From Spizellomyces punctatus DAOM BR117 (lineage: Eukaryota), in assembly GCA_000182565.2 (NCBI GenBank), contig KQ257455.1: 64,000 nt of DNA; one strand, written 5' to 3'. Below the pieces are notes generated by a model, which worked only from the letters and a program-made list of their open reading frames with translations, did not search any database and was not told where the DNA came from. Below, piece by piece: positions 16,251-26,897 of the stretch; position 1 is the first letter of the stretch, and every line of letters starts with the position of its first letter. The position numbers and the translations under genes were made by a program.

Positions 16251-16300
16251 GTCATCGTGCCCATTTTCCCAGGCTTTCATCTTTTTCCACAGATATCATC

Positions 16301-18184
16301 ATGCCATCAAAGAAAAAGCAAAAACTCGAAAAACTCGACAAACCTACTTGCTTACATACCTGCAACAAGACTCCCTTTGCAAAAGCTTTCCTGCCAAACG
16401 AGATCTACCGCCAACGGCTTCTAGATTACATCGCCATCATCCATCAACTTGCTGACCACGCTTCCCACGCTCTCAAATTCTACATCCTATCTGCACCATC
16501 CTTCACCGTGAACGAGGAGACCATCGAAGCGATTCTCTATCTTCTCAACAAAGGAGAGGCATGGCAACCAAAAACTGATGCAAAGAAGGCGCTACGCAGA
16601 TGCTTGTTGCCATACATTCAACGGTACTGCCACATCATCGGCTTCGTTCATCCAAATCTACAAAAAGAGCAGCAATCAGTCAATTACCTGACAGTGAGTA
16701 TGATGACGAACCTGAAAGTCAACGTTCAAGAGCATCTCATGCAGATGCTCCTTTGGTATATCAATCTGCAGCTTGACGTGAAGGGACAGAAGCAGCGACT
16801 GCCACTGAAAAGCGATGCGCGGAAAGCTTTCTTTACTCGGCTACGCTACTTGAAGTCGGTTTTCCTTTTCGAAACAATGCCAGAATCGCTGGATGACCTG
16901 AGCATTCTTGAAAACGAGATTTTAGAAGAGATCTGGACACTTAACCTGCCATTTCCTGATCAAGACAAGCCGCTTGCCTACCTCATTGCCATCGACGCGA
17001 TGTCCTTCTTTCCTGCATACTGCCGACTGTCAAAGTTGTTCGAGCAGCAAGGCTTTCGACAGTTCAGCGCGATACCTCTGCGCCGCTCTCTCATCCAAAG
17101 CCATGTGCGGATTGACACCGTCATCCTCTACTCTCATGTTCTTTGCATCACGCGACGAGAAGCAGAAGCCGTAGAGAAGGTCGATTTATGGTTGCGCGTC
17201 TGTAATCTACGTACCAAAGCTTTTCGGTCTCGCTGTGGTATGCATTTTGAAGGCTCGATCACGACGGACGGTACCTCGGTGTCAGTTTACTTGAAACATC
17301 CTGAAGCTGACAAGTATGGAAAACGCAGCGGAGGGAAAAAGTCAGCAAACACGATGGAGGCAGAGGTTAAAGCGCTTTATGTGGAAAACAACTTATCTGC
17401 TTGTCAAGAGAACTTTGTTGTTATCGACCCAAACAAGCGCGATCTTCTCTACTGCCAAGACAGCATTGGTACGACGTTCCGTTACACCGCCAACCAGCGA
17501 GCCGTGGAGACAGGTAGCCGGCGATTTGCAAAGAGACGAGAAGCAATGAAGAAAGAAGCTGGAGTTGACCTCATAGAATCACGTATCCCAAGCCACAAGA
17601 TGATGAACGTCATGGACTTTACTCGCTACCTTCTCGTTCGTCGCGCAGATTCGGATCGTCGCAAGGAATTCTACTCCCACCCTGCCCACACACGGTGGAA
17701 GTGGCATGCATTTATAAACCGTCAGAAGAGTGAATCGAACCTCATATCCAACATGCACAACAAGTTTGGGAGGAACTTTACCATTGTGATGGGTGATTGG
17801 AGCGACGCCGGTCGAACTACGAGATTTCAGACCTCATCAAAGACAAAAGGCTGGCGCACCCTCTTTAAGCGCAACCGCATTGATTGTTTCCTTCTCGACG
17901 AGTACAAGACCTCATCTGTCTGCCCTCACTGTTCCTCTGACGTTGAAAAAGGCTTCAAAACACGACCTCATTCAAGACCTTATCGACGACGAGAAGGCAA
18001 GATTGAAAAAGTCCACGGATTGCTGGGTTGTACCAACCCTAACTGTCAGCAAGACTGGACGATGCGCTACTGGAATCGAGATACGCTGTCAACCTGCAAC
18101 ATGCTGATGATCGTGCAATCAATGTTGGATGGGCACTGTAGACCAGAGGTGTTCAGCAGGAGGAGTGTTCCAGCCGTAGCATAG
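16301..18184 (+). CDS. Fz1: Fanzor1 RNA-guided DNA endonuclease (TnpB/Cas12-related RuvC), 627 aa
   Basis: NLS-like PSKKKQK. RuvC-I VVIDPNKRD (D376), RuvC-II LLDEYKTS (E534), zinc finger CPHC..CTNPNC (C541/544/577/582) and RuvC-III WNRD (D594). Closely resembles SpuFz1 as I recall it. Intronless. Confidence 0.95.
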   Translation: MPSKKKQKLEKLDKPTCLHTCNKTPFAKAFLPNEIYRQRLLDYIAIIHQLADHASHALKFYILSAPSFTVNEETIEAILYLLNKGEAWQPKTDAKKALRRCLLPYIQRYCHIIGFVHPNLQKEQQSVNYLTVSMMTNLKVNVQEHLMQMLLWYINLQLDVKGQKQRLPLKSDARKAFFTRLRYLKSVFLFETMPESLDDLSILENEILEEIWTLNLPFPDQDKPLAYLIAIDAMSFFPAYCRLSKLFEQQGFRQFSAIPLRRSLIQSHVRIDTVILYSHVLCITRREAEAVEKVDLWLRVCNLRTKAFRSRCGMHFEGSITTDGTSVSVYLKHPEADKYGKRSGGKKSANTMEAEVKALYVENNLSACQENFVVIDPNKRDLLYCQDSIGTTFRYTANQRAVETGSRRFAKRREAMKKEAGVDLIESRIPSHKMMNVMDFTRYLLVRRADSDRRKEFYSHPAHTRWKWHAFINRQKSESNLISNMHNKFGRNFTIVMGDWSDAGRTTRFQTSSKTKGWRTLFKRNRIDCFLLDEYKTSSVCPHCSSDVEKGFKTRPHSRPYRRREGKIEKVHGLLGCTNPNCQQDWTMRYWNRDTLSTCNMLMIVQSMLDGHCRPEVFSRRSVPAVA

Positions 18185-18206
18185 AGCGAGAGATTGGTTA
18201 GATTAG

Positions 18207-18296
18207 CCTTTCCGAGCCGGTTGTCGCGCGGTTCAATCCCTGGTGCGGGTGCTAGTGCCAATACCCATCGGCTCCGCACTAACCAACTCCCATTTA
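18207..18296 (+). ncRNA. Putative omegaRNA: about 75-nt scaffold (18207-18281) plus about 15-nt guide from the host flank (18282-18296, accaactcccattta)
   Basis: Pairings visible: gagccggt 18214-21 with atcggctc 18267-74, cgcgc 18225-29 with gtgcg 18243-47, and gggtg 18247-51 with taccc 18262-66. The position between stop codon and right end matches TnpB/Fanzor reRNA architecture. Ends are inferred. Confidence 0.85.
18252..18279 (-). repeat. Right terminal inverted repeat (doubles as the 3' part of the omegaRNA scaffold)
   Basis: ctagtgccaatacccatcggctccgcac, followed by TA. Confidence 0.97.
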
Positions 18297-18461
18297 GCGA
18301 TAGCACCCTTCTTGAAACTCGGAATCCTGCTCGTTTCCTTCCTTTCTGGACAACGACCTGCGCCTTATTTGGACCAAAAAGCCTCCATACCAGATAACAA
18401 AAACGCAAAGTCCTTTGCTGAGCAGCCTATCCAAGAAGACCTGTAGATCAGACGCGACCAC

Positions 18462-20482
18462 ATGTCTTCTGGAAGCGAATCGTCGCCGTCAGAGAGCTCC
18501 TACTTTAGCCGCAAGAATGGAGTGGAGAACATATCCTTGACCCGGTTACCCAATCTCGCCTCTCCCAGGTTAATGACACCAACTTCGCAACTCGCAGAGA
18601 CTGCTGTGGGAGTGAGGGAAGCTGCAAAATGCATAGGTATTTGACATTTTGCTGACAGAGCCTTGGCGCATTTTCACAAAGACTTCACCATGAACTTTTC
18701 TTATTGGGGTCAACGCTCCCCCAACCTTGCCAGAGATAGTAGTAATCCCTTTTTTCTTTTAGGACGTGCCTTGGTGAAGTTGGAGCGCCCGCAAACTGTC
18801 ATGCTCGTGGCAAAAGCACTAGACGCAAAGATTATCAAATTCACCCGGCAATTAGCCTGCCATCTTATCGACACCCCCCGAACGTCTTGCGGACACAAGG
18901 GGTTAACTGTGTAGGTTGCAAGAGTGTAATTCCAAACCCGGCGATTGATTGGGCACATTGTTAACAAGCGCTAATTTCCCTTTAGATATATTGATTCCAA
19001 ATTTCGCACTCATCCTGCATTCAGCTTTGACCGGCTACTGGCTTCTCATCCCCACTATGCCGATCAGCTCAAGTTTTGGACGCCAGAACTGTGCGCAACG
19101 CAAACAGATCACATCGATTTCATCATCACTCTTGGCGGAGACGGAACGGTAATCTACACGTCGTGGCTCTTCCAGCACGCGCAAGTACCTCCAGTTGTTC
19201 CCTTCGATCTGGGTTCGCTTGGATTTTTGACCAACTTCAACATCACAAACATACGCGATGTTCTGCAGCGAGTGATTGGGTGCCGTGGTGCTGGAGTTAG
19301 GGTGAACTTGCGTATGAGACTTAGCTGCACGGTTTGGAGGTCGGACTTTAAAAGCAAAAATAAAGAGGTCTTAGAAGGTCGGACGGCTGAGAAAAAGAGA
19401 CGGGAAGATTTGTGTAGTATCAAGGGCGACGAGGAAGAAGCAGATGGCCGTTCAAAGATAGGGAGACGAGCTTCGAGTCAGCAACCTGATCCTGGCACTA
19501 CACTGAATGGGTTACCCGCCTATTCTTCCGACGACCTAATATCTACCACTCCCGCACCACGACTGAACGATGAACATGCGACTTCCGATATTGGCGACTT
19601 ATTAGATGAGATCTCTTTGCAATTGATGTCAAAAGTTGATCCAGACGAGCTCGACCCAGGACCTGGGACACCGAAACGGATCCGATCAATGCAGTCACTG
19701 GGTACAACGCTCCCCAGTGCTGACAATGCAAAACCTGTGCCAACAGAAACCTTCCAAATATTGAATGACTTGGTAGTCGATCGTGGACCGAGCGCATATA
19801 TGAGCCAATTGGAGTTGTTTGTGGACGATAGACATTTGACTACTGTTCAGGCTGACGGTCTTGTTCTCTCTACACCAACGGGGTCAACAGCTTACTCGGT
19901 ATGTAAAATGCAAACTGTCGGTCATGTCGACAGAATACAAATTGATATTATCAAATATGCTCTGAACAGCTGTCAGCTGGAGGCTCCTTAGTACATCCCG
20001 AAGTCCCTTCCGTCCTCGTTACCCCTATCTGTCCACATACACTTTCCTTCAGACCAATGCTCCTTCCCGATTCCACTGATATACGAATTCAAGTCCCACG
20101 AGATTCGCGGACGTCTGCGTGGGCTAGTTTCGATGGTCGACACAGAATAGAGTTGAAGAAGGGCGACTATGTTACTGTGACCATGTCGCGATGGCCCATG
20201 CCTACTGTTTGCGAGGTAGATCAGGGTACAGATTGGTCTGAAAGTTTGAGAAGATGTTTGCATTGGAACGAGCGCACACGCCAGAAACCGTTTGTTGGTG
20301 AACAAGACAAGAGGTTGGAGAAAGTTGGGGACTCGTTGACGCAACTAGACAGTGAGCTTTCATCAAGCAGTGAAACGAGAACGTCGTTCAACGGCGACGT
20401 ATCTGATGGTTCTTATAGGTGTGAGGACATATGTGAACAAGATGAACAGCGTGAAGATGACGACCCCGGGTTAAGGATGTGA
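18462..20482 (+). CDS. NAD(H) kinase (UTR1/YEF1-like), multi-exon
   Basis: LGGDGT, GSLGFLT, ILNDLVVDRG, QADGLVLSTPTGSTAYS, TPICPHTLSFRP and SFDGR. Confidence 0.92.
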
Positions 20483-21386
20483 CGACGGAGTATTACTACA
20501 TTTAGGCAGTATGGGCATCCTGTTTTGGACGTATTTTGGCAAAGTAGAAGGTCTTACTTGGATGGAATCCGAGGCTACATTCAAGAAGGCTGCCGGGAAT
20601 GATTGTTTCTCGGAATGTAAAGATATACTACACGAATTCGGATCGAATGGACTTTACAGAGACTAATCACATACTACAGTATTCCGTGGGCGCCAGAGAA
20701 AAAATTGAGTAGATGGGATGCGAAGATATCGGGATCTTGGTCTGCAAATATACATTCTGTCGTCAGGATGATTGTAGTGTTTTGTCGTACCCAGGACAGA
20801 GGGACGAGATGGGTCAACAACAGTGCGTGCTCGATTCATGAATTTGCTGGCAGCTGCACCGTAGGGGAAAATCTGCCTATGTACATATCGCAATCAGTAC
20901 AGTACCGCGATATCGCGGTGGGGGCCAGAAAAATATTTGAATGCTTGCAGAGATGCCGAGACCAGGCGAAAAATATGTAGTGCTACGGTGGGAACCTTAT
21001 AGCCAAGATGCACTGCCAACTTGATACATACCAATGCGGGCGCATGAATAATACAGTTGCTGCCGTGGTGATGTGGAATGTTGTTTCTTGATGATATCTT
21101 ATGCCTGCATCGTTTGTTTGTAACGATGGAAAATGCCTAAATCTAACGCATGTTGAGTAAAGAGTCGCGGAATCTACTACCAGTCATTGATGGTCCTATT
21201 CTGTTTATTTATATAGCTTGCTTGGATGCCAGCAATTGTAAGGGTCTATCGACAATAGCATCGCTTTGCCGGCCTCTACTCGTATACAAGCAGTCTCTGT
21301 ATATTCCGCCTCTCTATAGAAACCTTCCATAATGGTTGTCGAACTTGGATGAGATAAAACCCTTTCGCATATCTAGTCGCGCAATG

Positions 21387-23161
21387 TTATACCAATACAC
21401 TCTGGAGTAGCCAAACTCCAAGAGCCACGGCCAGTGATGCTTTCATAGGCAATGCTGGAAGGGAATACCCGGTATTACCCTGACTGCCGGTGCCCGAACG
21501 TGGTTGACCGCTAGGAGTCGCTGGTGCGGCTAGTCGAGCAAAGCCGACTTGACGGTCACCCCAATTCCATGCAGTGTAAAATGCTCTGTGATACACACAA
21601 GTCAGTACAAGACTTTCAAAATGGGCAACGGGTATACGAAACTATTGATCTCACCTCAAGATGTTCATGCCCATCAAGGCCGCACCACCCAGAGCACCTT
21701 CAGTACCCAAGCTCACAAATCCCAGGACACATCCCGTTTCTCCTCTTATAAAAGAGTTTTGGATGTAAATACTCGGGGGGATGGACACCGTCTTTCCGCC
21801 AAGGGTCAATGTCAGATCCTGAAGAGTCTTGATCTTGTCGCAACTGACTTTGTAAATTTGGAGGCCGGATGCGCCTGCTTGAGCCAGGAGGGTCCCACCG
21901 ATTGACTGTCCGAGTTTTGTTACAAAGGATTGGGGGAATAGGGAAAGGCTGGAACCTGTTCAAGACATGGCGTCAATTCAAAAAGAGGGATCACATCTCA
22001 CTCCTCGTTGCCGTCTACTTACCAGTATCCAGGATGATCGGAAGCCCTGCGACCTGATTTTCAGTTCCATCAGGATACTTTACAGCTCCCATAACCGCCT
22101 TCCACATTCCTGCAGTACCGGCCGCCATAACAGGGTCGATGGCGCTAGAGTTGGCAAAGGTTGGAACATCGACCCAAGTGAGGTCACCGGAAAACTTTGT
22201 AGTGTCGATGCCACCAAGAGTCAACAATCCTGGTTTACCGTCCAGTGTCGGGTAAAGACCGAATATTGGTTTGATGCCCGCATCGCTAAGTTGACCAGTA
22301 ACGGATCGCCCAAGACTACTTCCACTTAGTCTGCCAGGGGTCCCAGCAGTGGCTAAGAGACGGCAGACAGTAAGTCATATATGAATCGAACACCGGGAAG
22401 GGTATCCAATTATCTTACCATTGGAACTTGGCATTCCCATTCCAAGCATGGCAGTGTAGGTTATGACATTTGTACTCGCCTGCTTGTAGCTCAGCACACG
22501 AAGGAAGGTAAAGTTTGACATTGTAACCCCTCCAACGGTCGTGGTATCTCTTGACGCAACTCCTGTTACGGCAGTACCATCTGCGTACGCAAGCGTGACA
22601 GACGGTCCTGTAGTGGTGGTGAATGTCGAACTGGAGATAACACGTATTTCGTTAATATGGGCGAGCGATGGACACAATGCAGATGTTTGGGCAAAAGTAT
22701 AGTGGACAAACCTTTTGGAGCCGTCATAGGTAGTATCCTTTACACAGCCTGTATCCAGGCATTCTTTGGCTTTCAGAAAAGCGTCGTATGAACCTGTGTC
22801 GACGATGGCTTTGAACGACTGAGGAGGTGTGCCAACGTCGATGCCCACGAGGTTCTACAGAAACATGCAAGTCAAAAAAACAAGCGCACAAAAAAGGGGA
22901 TATACCCTGAGAATGGAACCCTTACAATAGTACTGTCTGCCAACTCTGATGTGGATGAATCCCTACGTGAAATATCTCCCTTGGTTTCATGGCTTCGGAG
23001 CTCCTCTAAAGCGCTGTCAACAAGGGGATAAACAACATGTTTTCAATCAACAAATCGGAGAGCTTATACGACACCCACTGTTCGAGCTTTTCTCGAAGAG
23101 GATTAAGAGCACTTGCACATGAGGCCAAGAAAAGAGTCGCCGCGATAAGCGATGAACGCAT
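21387..23161 (-). CDS. Secreted, possibly GPI-anchored, pepsin-like aspartic protease
   Basis: Signal peptide MRSSLIAATLFLASCASA, VGTPPQ..IVDTGS, second ILDTG, RQVGFA and a hydrophobic C-terminus. Confidence 0.88.
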
Positions 23162-23679
23162 CACGAAACAGAACGGCAAAGTGGAAAGGTCTAGTTGTGC
23201 GTTGCGTCAACTTTGGGTGATCGAAAGTTGGGTTCTAAAATCCTTTTGCTTTAAAAGCATTTTTCAAAAGAGCACTTTTGGGGGTTGATTTGCGGAGGAA
23301 GCACAAAAAAATTCGCCCGCACAGCCCGTTTGTCCCAAATCAACCCAAAACGTTGCCTCGAACTGATTTTTTCGGCCTCGCCGTTTTGGCATTTTGGCAA
23401 ACGTTGAAATCGGGCGAGTTTAAAAATAAGGTTTTTGTAAACGAAACAAGGTTTTGTTGAAAGTGTTCCAAAAGAAACACGAGGCATTGAAAACAAAAGG
23501 TGTTCTAAAACGACCGAGGTGTGCTAAAATGAAGGTTAAACACCCGAGATGTGCTAAAAAAACGTCAATATGGGTTCGATACGCATCTACTCCTGCTTTC
23601 ATCTTGATCTTTTTTTTTTTTTTCTTTAGCAAATGTTATTGATATGCAAAACTTTGATGCTACGACACAAAACTTGAAT

Positions 23680-25398
23680 CTACATCATCAACTGCCTCTG
23701 CCGCAAGTTTACCCACAATCCATCCCTCCACCTAACGATGGGCAACGGAACACGCTCCAGCCTAATTCCGTCCAACTTTTTCCACTCAAACTCCCTGATC
23801 AACATGCTACCAATAATCCCCATCTCCAGGCGAGCAAATTGCATGCCAAGGCAGTGCCGGTGCCCAGCCCCAAACGTAGCGAGCGAAAAGTTTGAGATGG
23901 GCTTTTCGGTGTGCGCTCTGGCGGACTTGGACCAGCGACTTGGATCAAAGGTGTCGGGATTGGTGTATGTGGCTGGGTCTCTGTTATGATCAAGACAGTC
24001 AGCTTGAGCATTTTGCAAAACACTCGGAGAGGTTTACCTATTGGTAGACAAGATATCAAAGGCCACATGAGACCCTTCAGGTATAACCACCGGATTATGA
24101 CCATCTTCCAGATAAATCAAATCCTTGGCAGTCTTGCGAGTAATCTGCATGGCCACAGGATACATTCGTTCGACCTCCCGAAACGTTTCCTGAAGGCGAT
24201 GCATGTTCCGTAAATCATCTTGGGTGGGAGTGAATGGCTTATCGGGACATGCAGAAGCGAGCTCATCCTGCTCTTGGCGGAGTGTGTCCACAAGAGCAGG
24301 GTTCTGAAGACAGGTTGCGATGAAGGAGGATATGGTTGCTGCGGTAGTTTCATGCCCGGCAACGACGAGAAGAACAGCGTGCAACGCTAGTTCATTGACA
24401 GGCAACCTGCAATGGAGAGCCAAGTATAAATACACACTTCATGTCAGGATGTGTGAGCACGGACTTCATACCGGTTCCCTTCCTCATCAGTACTCTTCAT
24501 TAACAGCCATAATGGATCAACCTCTTTCGGTTCGTAGCCCTCATCAAGCAACGCCATCCGCTTGCTTATTATCTTTTCAACATCTTCCTGGATACGCAGT
24601 TTGGCCTCTTTAGACTTTTTCACCGAATCCCAGCTTGAGAAAGGCCAAGGCATGAAACCTCTCAATAGATCTTGATACCGTGACACCAATCCAGAGGAAA
24701 AGTCATGTTCGTCTTCAGGAATGTCGGCACCGAGGAGTAGCGTAAATGCGATCCGCAAAGTAAGCTGCTTAATTTCGGCTTGGAGGTCTACAGAAGGGGA
24801 CGTTGTCCAATGTAACAGTTCGGCGCGGGCCATGCGATGGATTCGAGGAAGATATGCCCGGAGAGCATCGAGCTTAAAGGCAGGTGTAAGGAGACGCCGG
24901 GTATGAGTATGTTCTTCGCCGTCTTGAGCAAGGAGTGAACCGGCGAAAATATGAGCAAAGCGTGGGCGCATAGCTCTTTGCCTACGATGAGAGCTCGTAA
25001 ACCGAGACATGTACCAGCCTCTTGATTCCTTATGAGACTTACCCAGATATCAAATGATTCTTTTCCGCAACAAGAAGCCACTTGGCAGCACGCTCCCCAT
25101 TGACCCAATACGTCCATCCAAAAGGTGTTAAACTCTTGTAAACACGGCCTCGACTGAGGCGAATATCACTTATTGTGGCCGGATCCATACGGTTTTTGAG
25201 CAATACAAGAAATAATGGGTCGAGACGTTTACGTGCCCTTGCATAGATCATAGCAAAGAACTAGGATTGGCATAAACAAATTGTAAACCTACGGCCTAGC
25301 ATTGGCAATGTGGGGCCACTTACAAAAACGCAAGCCAGTGAGGCATATGCCCACAAAGGGACAAAAGTACGGTCAAGGATGCCAGTATTTCCGAGCAT
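23680..25398 (-). CDS. Cytochrome P450, multi-exon (start approximate)
   Basis: AGHETT, ExxR (EVER), FDPSRW and heme motif FGAGHRHCLG. Confidence 0.92.
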
Positions 25399-25863
25399 GT
25401 TTGATAACTCGTCGTCAAAATCGTGATGGTCCAGGACTGAAACTGCATGCCATCTTTTTATAACAACTGTTTACAGACTGCAGTCGATCGGCATCCGAGC
25501 GGTGCCCCGGAATTCCATCCTTGAAAATGATGGGCTTCACCAGCCCTTTTTTCGTTATGACGCATTGCGAAAAGCCCTTCAAGTTGTGTCAGGCTTTGGC
25601 TGAATCCCCCCGCGTGTGGTCTTTTGGGACTGTTGACAGTCGACGTATATGCCTTTCAAAACAGCTTGCTTTTGACGGGTTATTCACTTTTACTTAGGAT
25701 TACAGGTAATGCCAATGCGCAAGGTGCAAACGACGTGGTAAAAGATATACAGATATAATAGGCAGTAGGTGGACTCAATATGTTATTCAAATGGGGTGCT
25801 TACAAACACTATACATTACAAGACGATTTCATCCAAAGGGCTTTTTATCGTCCAGGATCTATC

Positions 25864-26412
25864 CTACGCAATTGCCTGTTTCTTGCCTTTACGATCAAAT
25901 ATTTTCTTAATTTTCTGTAGGAAGCCCCCAGATCCCTTTTCAACCTTTACGCTTCCAGACGTGGATGTTGACGACCGTGGCTGGCCAGACGCATTTTTCA
26001 TCAGGGCAAAGTATATATTCTGAGCAAATTCATTTTCGGATTTGGGGTCGATCATTGGTGAAATGACGAATTCGATCGGACTGCTCGGGCATCGAGATGC
26101 TGCAGTGAAGAACTGAGAGTCGATAGAGACATTGCTTGCGACCACGTGTAAGGGTAAAGCTCTGATGGACCCCCCCGTAGGTCGTCGTGGTTGAACGTTG
26201 ACCTCTTGGGTGTCAAATAGCGTTCGCTCTTGAGGAGATGACAGGGGTGGAAGATCTTTGTCGGGATTGGCGGACACGAAGAGAATTTGGGAGGTTGCTA
26301 CAGCCCGAATCATTCCAAGGCCTGAGCTCTCCATTCGCAGTGATTGACTGTTGGCTGGAGATGAAGTTTCAATGGACGAGAAAATCTGAACTGTTGCTGC
26401 TGATCTCTCCAT
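25864..26412 (-). CDS. Hypothetical protein
   Basis: 182-codon ORF only; no motif. Confidence 0.25.
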   Translation of the reverse strand: MERSAATVQIFSSIETSSPANSQSLRMESSGLGMIRAVATSQILFVSANPDKDLPPLSSPQERTLFDTQEVNVQPRRPTGGSIRALPLHVVASNVSIDSQFFTAASRCPSSPIEFVISPMIDPKSENEFAQNIYFALMKNASGQPRSSTSTSGSVKVEKGSGGFLQKIKKIFDRKGKKQAIA

Positions 26413-26897
26413 TTCAAAGAAGCAGAATCAAGGAACTCTTGTGAAAAATATCTGGTATGAAGAGATTCTGATCTGGAAAAGCACCAATTGTACGAAGGAA
26501 GGAGATGCCTTGGAGCTGCTCTTTTTAAAACTTTTTTTTTAGCATTACAGATCAGAAGCTCCGGGATGTGGGCGTCAAAAAACCTCGAAATAGTACCATC
26601 GGGGCGGACGTGACAACGAACAAACGTCAACTTTATTATTAAGGATCACCTTTCTTACAACCTCAACCTTAAATAAACATTGGCGACTCTATTTTTGGAT
26701 TATAAAGCTTCCTAATATACCAGATATTTGACGTCTAAATGGATACGCTCTAAAAAGGGCATGTCAAAACAAAATGTCAAATTGCCCCGTGGTATCCCCA
26801 AATACCTCCTCAGTGAGGATCACCAGAAAGCTAGTATTATTCCCGATCCGCATGATTCGAGGTTTACAATCGGATCATTTTGAGACTCCGCAAGCCC

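Larger units (their letters stand above)
16141..18279 (+). mobile_element. Non-autonomous Fanzor1-encoding TIR transposon (Spu-1-like), 2,139 bp, TA TSD
   Basis: Perfect 28-bp terminal inverted repeats, TA on both sides (16139-40 and 18280-81), a single intronless RuvC ORF and no transposase. Confidence 0.95.

Noticed and set aside
16187-16300. N-terminal extension of the Fanzor ORF (TTG 16187 or ATG 16217)
   Set aside because: It spans the TATA box, and the recognisable protein begins with MPSKKKQK at 16301.
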